DNA of 64,000 nt from Cyanobacteria bacterium P01_F01_bin.150 (GCA_039189765.1 JBCCYL010000010.1:50577-114576), one strand, 5' to 3'. Counted from the stretch's first letter, positions 1 through 10,967 are shown. The notes: generated by a model not told the origin, from the sequence alone. Numbers and translations: made by a program.

Positions 1-189
1 ATCAGCTTGATGAGCAAAAGCTTTGCCGCCTTGCCCATCAATAGCTTCTACGACCTGGTTAGCCTGGTCAGCATTTTTCAAATAGTTAACGCAAACAGCT
101 GCACCTTCATTCGCTAAAACTTTGGCAACACTGGCACCTACGCCACGACTAGCGCCCGTAACGATAACAACTTTATTCTTGAGAATCAT
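1..189 (-). CDS. SDR family oxidoreductase, N-terminal part (runs off the window)
   Basis: Manual translation from ATG at 189: MILKNKVVIVTGASRGVGASVAKVLANEGAAVCVNY, with the TGxxxGxG Rossmann motif. ATGA overlap with the upstream HxlR stop. Not in the ORF track. Confidence 0.9.
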   Translation of the reverse strand, partial: MILKNKVVIVTGASRGVGASVAKVLANEGAAVCVNYLKNADQANQVVEAIDGQGGKAFAHQAD

Positions 190-506
190 AACTCGCTACT
201 ATTATCACTGGTTGACTCAAGTTCTGCATCAAGTATCTGAATCTGCTCAATAATCCCCATAAGTTTCTTCCCAAATGGAGTTAAAGAGTATTCTGTACGG
301 GGCGGCACTTCAGGAAAAGTCTGCTTTGCCAGTAGTCCATACGCTGTTAGTTTTCGTAGTCGCTCCGACAGGACTTTTTTAGAAATCCCATCAATATGTT
401 TCTCAAGTATACCTGGTCGTATAAACCCATTATCAACAGCAAGTAGAACCGAGACTGACCATTTACAGCCAAGAACACTTTCGAGTTTTCGAGAGCTACT
501 TTGCAT
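186..506 (-). CDS. HxlR family winged-helix transcriptional regulator
   Basis: KWS...ISKKVLSERLRKL...PPRTEYSLTPFG signature. Confidence 0.9.
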   Translation of the reverse strand: MQSSSRKLESVLGCKWSVSVLLAVDNGFIRPGILEKHIDGISKKVLSERLRKLTAYGLLAKQTFPEVPPRTEYSLTPFGKKLMGIIEQIQILDAELESTSDNSSEL

Positions 507-545
507 TTGTTTACTATTTTTTTCTGCAGCTACTTCGCCAAATTA

Positions 546-578
546 CACCAAAAAGTGCCTACCCCACCAAAAAGTGCC
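546..578. promoter_or_regulatory. Tandem CACCAAAAAGTGCC boxes, candidate HxlR operator
   Basis: Two exact 14-bp copies (546-559, 565-578), each with a CAC-N6-GTG dyad, 40-72 bp upstream of the HxlR start. Confidence 0.5.
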
Positions 579-738
579 CTCTTGTCTGGATATTGAAACT
601 AGGTTTAGTCTAAGAATAAGCGTACATCGCAAAACATATCCTATCTATACCATATCCCTCTGGGTTTAGCTCCAAAAATTAACCTTAGCATTTCAGTTTT
701 AAGAGCGATTTTAGGCAATTAGAGTGAGCACTTTGTAG

Positions 739-780
739 CCACACTATTGTTAGTTTTACTTCGCCTTAAAACGAAACCCC
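739..780 (-). repeat. Partial copy of the 80-bp dispersed element (left half)
   Basis: Reverse complement GGGGTTTCGTTTTAAGGCGAAGTAAAACTAACAATAGTGTGG matches the copy at 42277. Confidence 0.8.
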
Positions 781-800
781 ATATTTGAATTATCCTAAAT

Positions 801-1007
801 CCCGACCAGCGGGTGGCCGGTGGTTTATCTGTCAAAGAATTTAAGCAAGACGATGCTTCGGTCGTAATACCATCAACAAATCCTAGAATGCCAATGCTGG
901 ACTCGCCGGGCTTTGAAATCTTACTTCAAGATAATTGTATAGAAGTCTTAGTGCCAGCCACGTGTATGAGGTTTTGTCTGATGATCTCAGCCTGCCCTTT
1001 TCCGTAA
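801..1007 (+). pseudogene. Probable internal fragment of a hypothetical protein gene
   Basis: Protein-like PDQRVAGGLSVKEFKQDDASVVIPSTNPRMPMLDSPGF with no convincing start; begins about 20 bp from a repeat end and degenerates at the 3' side. Confidence 0.4.
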
Positions 1008-1158
1008 ATTAAGCAGAGTAATAAAGCCAGAAAAATCGCTTTATAGCGGTTATAAATCGTTTGTATTTCAGGACAAGAAGCTGGAGTATGGAGCGCTCTA
1101 GCTTCTCGCTAGATTCTTTCATCTAAAGTTTCTTTATCACTAGTTAAGGTCTTAATAA

Positions 1159-1617
1159 ATGACTAAATTTTATCTCCAGACTGAACAAGTTCTTCAGGGA
1201 AACTTCTCCATTCAGGCTCTTAACCTAGTCCTTATCTTTCAGGTTAACTGTCCTGGCTGTTTTATTTATGCGTTGCCGTTAGCAGCAAACTTACATGAGA
1301 AGTATGGCAACCGTATCAATATTTTAGGACTTTCTACGGCATTTGAAGATTTTGATTTAAATACTATAGCTAATACCGAAAAGCTTTTGCAGTCTGGCGA
1401 GATGATAGGATTAACTCGACAATATTTTCAGCAAAAGCATATCGAGAAATATCCCATCCCCCTAAAATTTGCGATCGCGTTTGACCATGAAACGTTTTGC
1501 CTCAACTCACTGCCTGGAACCCCAACGTGGGTTGTTTTTGATGGTGAATATAATATATTGGCTAGCTGGTTTGGGCATAAATCGGAAGAAGAGGTTGAAA
1601 ATATACTTCCCCTTTAA
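1159..1617 (+). CDS. Thioredoxin-fold CxxC protein (TlpA/peroxiredoxin-like)
   Basis: FQVNCPGC motif and GTPT cis-Pro loop. Confidence 0.75.
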   Translation: MTKFYLQTEQVLQGNFSIQALNLVLIFQVNCPGCFIYALPLAANLHEKYGNRINILGLSTAFEDFDLNTIANTEKLLQSGEMIGLTRQYFQQKHIEKYPIPLKFAIAFDHETFCLNSLPGTPTWVVFDGEYNILASWFGHKSEEEVENILPL

Positions 1618-1622
1618 TTAAG

Positions 1623-1661
1623 AAAGGTGAGTCAGCAACTTGTGTCTAACTCGCCTTTTTT
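1623..1661 (+). terminator. Possible intrinsic terminator between convergent genes
   Basis: AAAGGTGAGT...ACTCGCCTTT stem followed by a T run. Confidence 0.4.
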
Positions 1662-1738
1662 ACAATTTAACGGGATACAGAATCAACATGAATCCCAAGT
1701 ATCCCGTCCTGAGGTTAAAGATGCGATCGCCACCCAAT

Positions 1739-2377
1739 CTACTTATTAGGCTGGGGGGTCATCCGCAAATAAGGCTTAACTTCCTTATAGCCCTTGGGGA
1801 ACTTCTCTTTTAAGACATCAGGGTCTTTAATTGATGGAACAATTACACAATCGTCACCATCGTTCCAGTTCGCTGGGGTAGCAACGCTGTGGTAAGCAGT
1901 CAACTGCAATGAATCAATCACGCGAAGGATTTCATCAAAGTTACGACCAGTACTCGCTGGATACGTCAAGTTCAGCTTGAGTTTCTTATCAGGGGAAATA
2001 ATAAATACAGTGCGTACCGTAAGCGTATTGTCAGCGTTGGGGTGAATCATGTCATAGAGATCAGACACCTTGCGATCGATATCCGCCAAAATCGGATAGT
2101 TCACCGATGTAGTCTGAGTCTCATCAATATCTTTTATCCAGCCATGATGGGAGTCAACACCATCCACACTCAATGCAATGGGCTTAACATTACGTGCCTC
2201 AAATTCAGCTTTAAGCTTTGCTACTGTCCCCAATTCCGTTGTGCAAACAGGGGTATAGTCAGCGGGATGGGAAAAAAGTACGACCCAGCTATCTCCAGCC
2301 CAGTCATAAAAATTGATTTCTCCCATGCTAGATTGCTGGGTAAAATCGGGTACCGTATCACCTAATCGAAGTGCCAT
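1739..2377 (-). CDS. 1-Cys peroxiredoxin (Prx6 family)
   Basis: FSHPADYTPVCTTE active site; YPASTGRNFDEILR. Confidence 0.95.
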   Translation of the reverse strand: MALRLGDTVPDFTQQSSMGEINFYDWAGDSWVVLFSHPADYTPVCTTELGTVAKLKAEFEARNVKPIALSVDGVDSHHGWIKDIDETQTTSVNYPILADIDRKVSDLYDMIHPNADNTLTVRTVFIISPDKKLKLNLTYPASTGRNFDEILRVIDSLQLTAYHSVATPANWNDGDDCVIVPSIKDPDVLKEKFPKGYKEVKPYLRMTPQPNK

Positions 2378-2616
2378 AAACCTAACCTTCTAAATTTATA
2401 AAAAACTTTCGAACGGGCAGATTATTAGTGAACAGTTGATATGTCACAAAATAATCCCTAGCCTTATCAACATCGGCGCACTCGCTACAACGTTAGATTG
2501 GCAAATGCTATCCTACTACACTTCCGCCACGGGAATATTTAGTATTGTCAATATTTGAGGGGATGCTGGAACACTCCACGCGTTGGTATCTCATTGTAAA
2601 ATACAGGCCCAATAGA

Positions 2617-3069
2617 CTATATGTAATACATAGTGCTGGCATGTTGACGAACGTCTCGTTTTTCCACAATGTCCTTCAAAGAGTATTGGCTCAGAGTTGA
2701 TGCCATAGCCTTTTGAGCTTCTCCCCAAACTTCATACACGACCAGGCTTTCCATCGTGTGATTCTCGCCATCTCCGTTACTAATCACTGCATAATTGTGT
2801 TGCCCTCCATCTACACACTGCACCACATCCAATACAGAAATGTTGCTTGGCTCACCAGAAAGCAAATAGCCTCCATTAACCCCCCGCTGGCTACGAACAA
2901 GACCACCCCGCTTTAAGGTTGCCAGTACCTGCTCAAGATATCGATCGGGAATATTCTGGCGACGGGCAATCTCACGGCTTTGGAGTGGATCACCACTCGC
3001 ATACATCGTCGCTAGTTCTACCAACGCTGATAGAGCGTACTTACATTTACAATTTAGCGCAAAGGACAT
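2617..3069 (-). CDS. Rrf2 family regulator lacking the three-Cys Fe-S motif (CymR-like)
   Basis: YLEQVLATLKRGGLVRSQRGVNGGY and C-terminal MYYI; start moved to ATG 3069; divergent from sir. Confidence 0.88.
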   Translation of the reverse strand: MSFALNCKCKYALSALVELATMYASGDPLQSREIARRQNIPDRYLEQVLATLKRGGLVRSQRGVNGGYLLSGEPSNISVLDVVQCVDGGQHNYAVISNGDGENHTMESLVVYEVWGEAQKAMASTLSQYSLKDIVEKRDVRQHASTMYYI

Positions 3070-3467
3070 GGGCGATCGCCTGAAAATACAAATAAGGTGC
3101 TTGATAAAAATACAAACCACTACTGCTTGGTTTGCTTAATTGACACTCAATCTCACGTCATCCCATAAAAATATGACACACAATCACGTCTTAATGAGAA
3201 TTTTTCTATTTAGGCCGCAACAGTAGCATCTTAACCAACTTGAGAAAGACCTGACATTTTGTCTGTAATGCTCTTGGAATGATAGCCAGCGGAATTTAGC
3301 AAGATGCTAAGCTGATCCCCCTGACTGAGATGAAACAATCTTCCGGAACACTTCACGCGCTAGAATCTCGCTTCAAAACCTAAATTCTGTGAATTTAGGG
3401 ACGAATACTTTTACAAAGGATGAATATCCATAAAATAGTAATCGGTGATACATTATTATATATGCCA

Positions 3468-3493
3468 TAATCCCGACCGGATTACCGGAAATT
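3468..3493. promoter_or_regulatory. Imperfect palindrome upstream of sir, candidate Rrf2 site
   Basis: TAATCCCG-N10-CGGAATTA in the Rrf2/sir divergent region. Confidence 0.35.
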
Positions 3494-3655
3494 AAATTAA
3501 CAATTTGCACGATAAGCAGGTATGGTGATTATGGTCATACTGAAACCAGCGCTGCTAGTTAGCGCTTCGTATTATCTGTAGGGGTCTGCCTTTAAGGGTT
3601 CTGACTACTTCTACATCTGTTAACATCTGTCATTTTCGCTATTGCTCGCTGAATC

Positions 3656-5611
3656 ATGGTCCAAACTCCGATTTCTCCTAGAAAGCAAGTTGTACAGGCG
3701 TCAGCTCCTGCGGTGGATCAGGTGCCAACTCCTGCTGTAAAGAAAGTTTCCAAGCTTGAGGGTATTAAGGAGCGCAGTGATTTTCTACTGGAACCCATAG
3801 CGACGGAACTAAAGAATGATTTGAATCACTTTAGTCCGGATGGGGTGCAAATCCTTAAGTTCCACGGCTCCTATCAGCAGCAGACTCGCGGTAAGCGCGA
3901 GAAAGGGAAGGGGAAGGACTATCGCATGATGTTGCGGACCCGGAACCCTGGTGGATTTATTCCGGCAGAACTTTATCTGACTCTAGATGAGCTGTCGGAC
4001 AAGTATGGCTACGGCAATATCCGAGCAACGACTCGTCAGGCATTTCAGCTCCATGGCATTCTCAAGAAAAATTTGAAAGACACGATTGCGGCGATTATTC
4101 GCAGCATGGGGTCTACATTGGGTGCCTGTGGTGACCTAAGCCGAAATGTGATGGCAGTTCCGGCTCCAATCAAAGATAAGCCAGAATATGTTTATGCTCG
4201 GGAATATGCAGACCGAATTGCTGATTTGCTAACGCCCCAGACGCCTGCTTATTACGATATTTGGCTGGATGGGGAGAAGGCGGTTTCATCTGAGGAACAT
4301 CCAGATGTAACGGCAGCCCGCCGTCGGGACCTTAATGGGACTAATATTGGGAACAGCGTGGAGCCAATTTACGGGACTTACTATATGCCCCGTAAGTTTA
4401 AATGTTCAGTGACGGTTCCTGGCGACAACTCGGTGGATGCCTACACCCAGGACGTCACTTTGGTGGTGATTCTGGATGAAAATAAAGAATTACAGGGCTT
4501 TAATGTGCTTGCAGGGGGCGGCATGGGTCGTACCCACAAGCTGGAGGAAACATTTGCTCGAATTGCTGATGAGATTGGCTATGTCGATAAGGATGATGTT
4601 TATGACTTAGTGAAGGCAATTGTGGCAACCCAGCGAGATTATGGCGATCGCGTCCAGCGCCGCCATGCTCGAATGAAGTATCTAATACATGATTGGGGCG
4701 TTGACAAGTTCCGGGCCAAGGTTGAGGAGTATTTTGGGAAGAAAATTCAACCTTATAAGCCATTGCCGGAGTGGAAATTTTATGATTACCTCGGTTGGAA
4801 TGAACAGGGAGATGGCAAGCTTTTCCTGGGCGTTCATATTGAAAATGGTCGAATTTACGACAATGGCACCTTTAATATGAAGTCAGCTCTCAAGGAAATT
4901 CAGCTACGCTATCGATTGCCAATGCGATTGACTAGTAACCAAAGTTTGTTGCTGACTGAAATCGAACCCGAGCACAAAGCTGAAATTGACCGGATCTTAC
5001 GCACCAATGGCATCGATTCGGAAGATCAAATCAATATGCTGCATCGTTATGCCATGGCATGTCCAGCACTGCCGACCTGTGGCCTAGCGCTAGCGGAGGC
5101 GGAACGAGGGTTGCCTAGCATGTTGGATAGAATTCAGGTCCTTCTGAATAAGCTAAAGCTTAAGGAAGAACATTTTGTGGTACGGATGACGGGTTGTCCC
5201 AATGGTTGTGCTCGTCCCTACATGGCTGAGCTTGGCTTTGTCGGCAGTGGTGCTGATACCTATCAGCTTTGGTTAGGGGGAGCGCCCCACCAAACTCGTC
5301 TGGCCCAACCCTACATGCAAAAGATGCCCGTTGATGATTTGGAGAAGACGTTGGAGCCAATGTTCGTCCTCTTTAAAAAGGAGCGTCAAAAAGGGGAAAG
5401 CTTTGGAGATTTTTGCGATCGCATTGGGTTTGATGCGATTCGGGCGTTTTCCGAAACCTACGTGCCTAAGAAATCGGGTCGCCGTAACCACAGGATATGC
5501 GTTTCTGATGATACGTATACTCAATTGCGGGAAGCGTCGGCTGAGCAAAATCTGAGCATGGCTGAAATTACGGAACAGGCGATCGCTGCCTATTTTCAAA
5601 ACGGATCGTAA
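3656..5611 (+). CDS. sir: Ferredoxin-dependent sulfite reductase
   Basis: [30 protein letters not shown] and TGCPNGC siroheme/4Fe-4S ligands. Confidence 0.96.
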   Translation: MVQTPISPRKQVVQASAPAVDQVPTPAVKKVSKLEGIKERSDFLLEPIATELKNDLNHFSPDGVQILKFHGSYQQQTRGKREKGKGKDYRMMLRTRNPGGFIPAELYLTLDELSDKYGYGNIRATTRQAFQLHGILKKNLKDTIAAIIRSMGSTLGACGDLSRNVMAVPAPIKDKPEYVYAREYADRIADLLTPQTPAYYDIWLDGEKAVSSEEHPDVTAARRRDLNGTNIGNSVEPIYGTYYMPRKFKCSVTVPGDNSVDAYTQDVTLVVILDENKELQGFNVLAGGGMGRTHKLEETFARIADEIGYVDKDDVYDLVKAIVATQRDYGDRVQRRHARMKYLIHDWGVDKFRAKVEEYFGKKIQPYKPLPEWKFYDYLGWNEQGDGKLFLGVHIENGRIYDNGTFNMKSALKEIQLRYRLPMRLTSNQSLLLTEIEPEHKAEIDRILRTNGIDSEDQINMLHRYAMACPALPTCGLALAEAERGLPSMLDRIQVLLNKLKLKEEHFVVRMTGCPNGCARPYMAELGFVGSGADTYQLWLGGAPHQTRLAQPYMQKMPVDDLEKTLEPMFVLFKKERQKGESFGDFCDRIGFDAIRAFSETYVPKKSGRRNHRICVSDDTYTQLREASAEQNLSMAEITEQAIAAYFQNGS

Positions 5612-5664
5612 GCCTTCCAGATAAAACATTCCATCGACATGATGTAGTTTGCATAGGTCCCGTA

Positions 5665-5743
5665 AAGTAGCAGCTTTAGGCGGGTGTTGTGAGCGGAAGC
5701 CCTCTCAACACCCGCCTAATTAATATGATTCAAAGCGAAACTC
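5665..5743 (-). repeat. Diverged full copy of the 80-bp element with a different central hairpin
   Basis: Ends AAGTAGCAGCTTTAGGCGGG and TTCAAAGCGAAACTC; stem TAGGCGGGTGTTG/CAACACCCGCCTA. Confidence 0.7.
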
Positions 5744-5746
5744 GTC

Positions 5747-6088
5747 TCATCTACATGGTGTGCGAGTTCCAGTTATGTAGACATGGGCTTGAACCTGCAC
5801 TCCGCTAATAAGGGTCACGGAGGTGAGGACGCGATCGTAGTCTTGGCCTTCAAATTTATCAAGATCGGCCCAGTGGTTGATCAAATTTTCAGAGGAAAAT
5901 ACATGTCCTTGAATCTCACACCCATTTTCATTAAGCACTAAGCCAGGATATCCCATGCTAGCGCCCCAACCTGCTTCTATAAGGTTGCCTTTGATGCTGG
6001 CGGGTTCCCACTCCCCTGCGATTGCATCAAGAATATATGCATTTGGTCCACCAGGTTGGAGTGATCCGTAGACAAATAGTCTCTCCAT
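5747..6088 (-). CDS. Gamma-glutamylcyclotransferase (AIG2-like) family protein
   Basis: LFVYGSL, GYPGL, LDKFEG-Y-R motifs. Confidence 0.9.
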   Translation of the reverse strand: MERLFVYGSLQPGGPNAYILDAIAGEWEPASIKGNLIEAGWGASMGYPGLVLNENGCEIQGHVFSSENLINHWADLDKFEGQDYDRVLTSVTLISGVQVQAHVYITGTRTPCR

Positions 6089-6276
6089 AGTTGATTATTC
6101 TGCCTAGTTTTACCTATTTTCCTAAGTTATAGCTGTGGAAACCTTCGTTGGAGAATGGGTATTCTCATGCGAACACAAACGCCAACACAAAAATATTCAG
6201 GTCAAGCCATATTCAAGCCGGACCAAACATTGGCAAAGTAGGGCAATTGCACTGGATCTAGCAGTTTCGTCTGTGC

Positions 6277-7446
6277 TTATTCGCCTTTGGCGTCTGCTTT
6301 AAGCTGTTCAAATGCCCAGTCTAACCAGGGCAGCAGCGCTTGAATATCGGACGTTTCTACGGTTCCACCGCCCCAAATCCGAAGTCCGGGAGGAGCATCG
6401 CGATAGGAAGCAATATCATAAGCGACGCCTTCCTTATCCAGCATGCCTGCCATAGTTTTAATACCCTTGGCCTGTTCATCTGGTGATAATCCGGTGTACC
6501 AAGGATCCACTACTTTGAGACAGATGGAGGTGTTGGAACGGGTTTCAGGCACTTCAGCTAGAAAATCAACCCAGGGCGTTTCTTCAACCCAAGTGGCGAT
6601 CGCCTCCAAATTTGCTTCTGACCGAGCAATCAGCGGCTTTAGTCCTCCTAAAGACTCAGCCCACTTCAATCCGTCTAGGGCATCTTCCACACAGAGCATG
6701 GACGGTGTATTAATCGTACTGCCTTCAAAAATAGCGGTATTCACTTTGCCTTTTTTGGTCAGTCGGAAGATCTTGGGCAATGGCCAAGCGGGCGTGTAGG
6801 ATTCCAACCGTTCCACCGCCCGAGGACTGAGCACCAACATGCCGTGGGCCGCTTCTCCCCCCATTACCTTCTGCCAGGACCAGGTGACCACATCCAGTTT
6901 GGACCAGGGCATCTCCATGGCAAATACCGCAGACGTAGAGTCGGCGATCGCAAGCCCTCCTCGATCATCAGGAATCCAATCGCCATTGGGCACCTTTACG
7001 CCTGAGGTGGTGCCGTTCCACGTAAAAACCACATCACGGCTCCAATCGAGCTGCGTCAAATCTGGTAATTTGCCATAGTCAGCGATATGGGTACGGCAGT
7101 CCTCCAGATTTAGCTGTTTCTGGACATCCGTCACCCAGCTAGAGCCAAAGCTTTCCCACGCAACCATCTCCACGCCCCGCGCTCCCAATAGGGACCACAT
7201 GGCCAATTCAATCGCCCCGGTATCCGATGCGGGCACAATGCCACAGAGATAATCATCAGGCAGTTCCAGCAAAGCACGGGTGCGATCAATCGCCTCTTTT
7301 AGCCGGGCCTTCCCTGGCTTAGAACGGTGCGATCGCCCCATCAACGCAGAGCTGAGTGCATCAACACTCCAGCCCGGTCGCTTTGAGCAAGGGCCAGAGG
7401 AAAAATTAGGATTTTGCGGTTGTTGAGTCGGCTTTGTCATGATCAC
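6277..7446 (-). CDS. serC: Phosphoserine aminotransferase, Methanosarcina/alphaproteobacterial type
   Basis: [27 protein letters not shown] (PLP lysine), [11 protein letters not shown]. Confidence 0.92.
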   Translation of the reverse strand: MIMTKPTQQPQNPNFSSGPCSKRPGWSVDALSSALMGRSHRSKPGKARLKEAIDRTRALLELPDDYLCGIVPASDTGAIELAMWSLLGARGVEMVAWESFGSSWVTDVQKQLNLEDCRTHIADYGKLPDLTQLDWSRDVVFTWNGTTSGVKVPNGDWIPDDRGGLAIADSTSAVFAMEMPWSKLDVVTWSWQKVMGGEAAHGMLVLSPRAVERLESYTPAWPLPKIFRLTKKGKVNTAIFEGSTINTPSMLCVEDALDGLKWAESLGGLKPLIARSEANLEAIATWVEETPWVDFLAEVPETRSNTSICLKVVDPWYTGLSPDEQAKGIKTMAGMLDKEGVAYDIASYRDAPPGLRIWGGGTVETSDIQALLPWLDWAFEQLKADAKGE

Positions 7447-7662
7447 ACACAGTAAGGTACACGTACTTCCAATGCTTTGATTAATATAGGTTTGAGGGGG
7501 AATAGCTTAAGCGATCGCCCCAAATTAAGCACGTTATTGTTCTTCACTATAGAGACATACGCAAGTCAGCTCGCCAAATATTATGAAAAATTCGGGTATG
7601 GCCTCGGCAAGAGGCTTTGATAAGATGGTCGCAAACATCATGCAGAGTGACAGTCGAGTAAA

Positions 7663-8397
7663 GTGGTAAAACTTGTCCTAGAAAATATTCATAAATCATA
7701 TGGTGCCAGGGCTGTTGTTAATCGAGTCAGTCTCTCTGTATTTCAGGGAGAGGTCGTGGGATTGTTAGGGCCAAATGGCGCTGGAAAAACAACCACGTTT
7801 TATATTGCCACTGGTTTAGAAAAGCCAAATCGCGGCAAAGTATGGCTAAATGAACAGGAAATTACTCCTCTACCTATGCATGAACGCGCAAAGCTAGGGC
7901 TTGGCTACTTGCCCCAAGAACCAAGTGTTTTTGGTAATCTTAGCGTTGCTGATAATATCTTGCTTGTTCTTCAACAAACTCGGGTGCCTCGTAACGAACA
8001 TCGCGATCGCCTTCATGCCCTGGTTAAAGAATTCCGTTTAGAGGATGTTGTCAATATCCGAGGTAATCAGCTATCGGGCGGTTATCGCCGTCGAACTGAG
8101 TTAGCAAGGGCATTGGCAGCAGGGGTGAATGGACCCCAGTTTATTTTGCTAGATGAACCGTTTACGGGTGTTGATCCCATTGCCGTAGCCGAAATTCAAG
8201 AAATTTTATCTCGCCTGTGTCGCGATCGCAGCATGGGTATCTTAATTACTGACCACAATGTTCGTGAAACATTAGCGATTACAAATCGGGCGTATATTCT
8301 TCGAGACGGTGAAATTCTGGCCGGGGGAAGTGCAGAAGAACTGTATGGTAACCCCCTTGTACGGCAATATTATCTGGGCAGTAATTTCCAGCCCTAG
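7663..8397 (+). CDS. lptB: LPS export ABC transporter ATPase
   Basis: GPNGAGKTT, YLPQEPSVF, LLDEPFTGVDPIAV, ITDHNVRETL. Confidence 0.95.
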   Translation: MVKLVLENIHKSYGARAVVNRVSLSVFQGEVVGLLGPNGAGKTTTFYIATGLEKPNRGKVWLNEQEITPLPMHERAKLGLGYLPQEPSVFGNLSVADNILLVLQQTRVPRNEHRDRLHALVKEFRLEDVVNIRGNQLSGGYRRRTELARALAAGVNGPQFILLDEPFTGVDPIAVAEIQEILSRLCRDRSMGILITDHNVRETLAITNRAYILRDGEILAGGSAEELYGNPLVRQYYLGSNFQP

Positions 8398-8419
8398 CTT
8401 TTTATTTTTCTGTTTTTAA

Positions 8420-9655
8420 TTGTCTGATTACTTTAACTTCCAAACATCTATGGCATCTGGCATATCCAAATTCCCCAAGCTTCCGCTACCAAGAACCTCC
8501 CAATCAAGATCCTCTTGGCTTCCGACGCTATCGGTAATGGATCGCTACATTATTATGGAATTGTTGCCGCCTTTTTTATTCGGAGTGGGGGCATTTACTT
8601 CGTTGGGGGTATCCATTGGTGCACTGTTTGATCTGATTCGTAAAGTATCAGAATACGGATTGCCCTTTGGGATTGCCACCCAGGTGCTGCTTTTAACCCT
8701 GCCCCAATTCATTTCCTACTCATTTCCTATGGCAGTCTTGTTGGCGGCCTTGATTACCTACAGTCGTTTTTCCAGCGATAGTGAATTAGTGGCGTTGAAG
8801 GGCTGCGGCATTCAAGTTTCTCGGGTGATTGTGCCAGCAATTCTGTTAAGTTTGGTGGTAACTGGCATTGCCTTTACCTTTAATGAGGTGATTGTCCCGT
8901 CGGCAAATGCAAGAGCCTCAACAACCTTAAATTCATTTGTTAACGATGACAAAGGGCCAACTTTTCGCCAAGAAAATATTTTGTTTCAGGACTATCAAGA
9001 TATTACTCAGGATGATGGCAAGACTGAGGAAATCCTATCTCGTTTATTCTATGCCCGTCGGTTTGATGGTGAAACCATGTATGGGCTGACGGTTTTGGAT
9101 TTTAGTAAGGAACAGCTGAGTCAAATTATTAGTGCCCAGTCCGCCACTTGGAACCCGGATGCTAACCGTTGGGACTTTTTTGACGGCACTATTTACTTTG
9201 TGCTGCCTGACGGAAGCTACGGCAATATTCTGAAGTTTGAACAACAGCAGCTTCAATTACCTCGAACACCGTTAGATATTGCCGAAAATAAGCGGAAAGA
9301 TCCGACCCAAATGAACCTAACCGAATCTTGGGAACATGTACAGGAATTGCGTCAGCGCGGGAGTCGCTCACGCCTACGTAGGTTATTAATTACGATTCAT
9401 CAGAAGTATGCTCTACCATTTGCCTGTCTGGTTTTTGGCATTGCGGGAGCGGCCCTTGGCAGTCGATTAAGGCGCACTGGTCGAGCTATCAGCTTTGCTT
9501 TGAGCATTGTGATTATTTTTGGCTACTATCTTGTTTTCGCCATCTGTAATGCGTTTTCCCACTCAGAAATTCTTACGCCCCTGGTTGGTGCATGGATTCC
9601 TAATATTATCGGGGTTCTAATTGGAGGGTTTTTACTGATTCGGGCAAATCGATAA
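8420..9655 (+). CDS. LptF/LptG family permease
   Basis: MDRYI..E, SSDSELVAL and AWIPN motifs; multiple TM segments; follows lptB; start uncertain. Confidence 0.92.
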   Translation: MSDYFNFQTSMASGISKFPKLPLPRTSQSRSSWLPTLSVMDRYIIMELLPPFLFGVGAFTSLGVSIGALFDLIRKVSEYGLPFGIATQVLLLTLPQFISYSFPMAVLLAALITYSRFSSDSELVALKGCGIQVSRVIVPAILLSLVVTGIAFTFNEVIVPSANARASTTLNSFVNDDKGPTFRQENILFQDYQDITQDDGKTEEILSRLFYARRFDGETMYGLTVLDFSKEQLSQIISAQSATWNPDANRWDFFDGTIYFVLPDGSYGNILKFEQQQLQLPRTPLDIAENKRKDPTQMNLTESWEHVQELRQRGSRSRLRRLLITIHQKYALPFACLVFGIAGAALGSRLRRTGRAISFALSIVIIFGYYLVFAICNAFSHSEILTPLVGAWIPNIIGVLIGGFLLIRANR

Positions 9656-9665
9656 TCCTGCCATA

Positions 9666-10967
9666 TTGAAAAATAATAGCGATGGCAGCGTCGGGGGTCT
9701 TCGCTATTCACATATCATTCAGTGGGAGTGTGCCATGTCTTCTTCACAGAAATCATCCAAGCCCCAAACACCTCCTCTTAGTCGCTGGAAAGGGCGATTA
9801 CGCATTTTTAATAAGCCTACTCTATGGGTGTCAACATCTGTATTACTGTTTATTGGCCTATTGATTGCAGATTATTCACGGGTTCAGATGAGCCAGACAG
9901 ATATTGATCAACGGCTAGAATTGCAAAATGATGGCGCTGAGAACAAAGAGGGCGATCGCCAAGACGCGTCCAATGTATCTGACTATGGTGATACGACCCA
10001 GCCTGCGACTTTAGACGGTATTCCATTGCCTGACGATCCTGAATTACGGGAATGGGCCATTCGAGAGGCCAATAATCTCAATCCTGATGCAGAAAAGGAC
10101 ACTCAGGATGGGCCGATAAGCGAAAATAGAGAGTCTGCCGATGCCAGTGAACGTGCATCAACAGATGCATTGCTCGTGAGTGACCCCACTCGTCTAATTA
10201 CCCATACTGAAAACGACAATAAATCCCAGGAGCACGCTGGTTCCGCCAATGCAAACACCCGACGTAATCACCACAATCGCCAAGATAGCCAATCAGAGTC
10301 CCTATTTTTTGAATATGTTGGTAGAGCAGATGATGTTTTGAAGGTAATGGGGCTGGGTTCGTCTCAAGCTTCAGCAAATAGTCTGGCAACCTCATTAGAC
10401 TCGACTACACCATCGACAGAGCATACATCAGCATTTTGGCAAAGCCCTGAGCCTGATACTTCACAACCATCAGCTTTATCCCAAGCCTTACAAAATTTGG
10501 CGATTGAGTCTAGCAGGCAGGCCACTGATCCCTCATTGAGCAATAATGCAGCATCTCCTAACGCTTACCCAGATGCGCCCCTAAGACCCTCCATTCTGCC
10601 AACATCGGTATTAGGGCAGCCTTTGGAGGGAGTCCCTATTTTTCGACAGCCTTTGATTCAAACGTCTCCAACGTCTGGCACCACCGGGTATGTAGCACCA
10701 CCACCTTTACCGAATGCCTCACCAATAACCTCTGGAAATGGAGTTGTGCCACCAACCGCCAATGGAGTGACGCCTAATGCCATTTTGGACTCCACTGCTG
10801 CCACATCTGCTCCAAATATTGCGCCTCAACCAGCCGTAAGCGTGCCGCTACCTCAACCAGCTCCGGCGATTCCTTCCCCTGTATTTGCAGCTCCTATCCC
10901 AGTTGAACAAACGCCTTATACAGGCGGTGGCCGAAATGGGGAAATTAATACATTTTCAAACCCATAA
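9666..10967 (+). CDS. Hypothetical single-TM protein with Ser/Pro-rich low-complexity region
   Basis: 433-aa ORF with one hydrophobic segment; C-terminal YTGGGRNGEINTFSNP; start uncertain. Confidence 0.7.
   Translation: MKNNSDGSVGGLRYSHIIQWECAMSSSQKSSKPQTPPLSRWKGRLRIFNKPTLWVSTSVLLFIGLLIADYSRVQMSQTDIDQRLELQNDGAENKEGDRQDASNVSDYGDTTQPATLDGIPLPDDPELREWAIREANNLNPDAEKDTQDGPISENRESADASERASTDALLVSDPTRLITHTENDNKSQEHAGSANANTRRNHHNRQDSQSESLFFEYVGRADDVLKVMGLGSSQASANSLATSLDSTTPSTEHTSAFWQSPEPDTSQPSALSQALQNLAIESSRQATDPSLSNNAASPNAYPDAPLRPSILPTSVLGQPLEGVPIFRQPLIQTSPTSGTTGYVAPPPLPNASPITSGNGVVPPTANGVTPNAILDSTAATSAPNIAPQPAVSVPLPQPAPAIPSPVFAAPIPVEQTPYTGGGRNGEINTFSNP

Noticed and set aside
1471..1500. HIP1-mediated internal deletion in the thioredoxin-like gene
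   Set aside because: The protein seems short between AFD and TF and a HIP1 site is there, but this cannot be shown without an alignment
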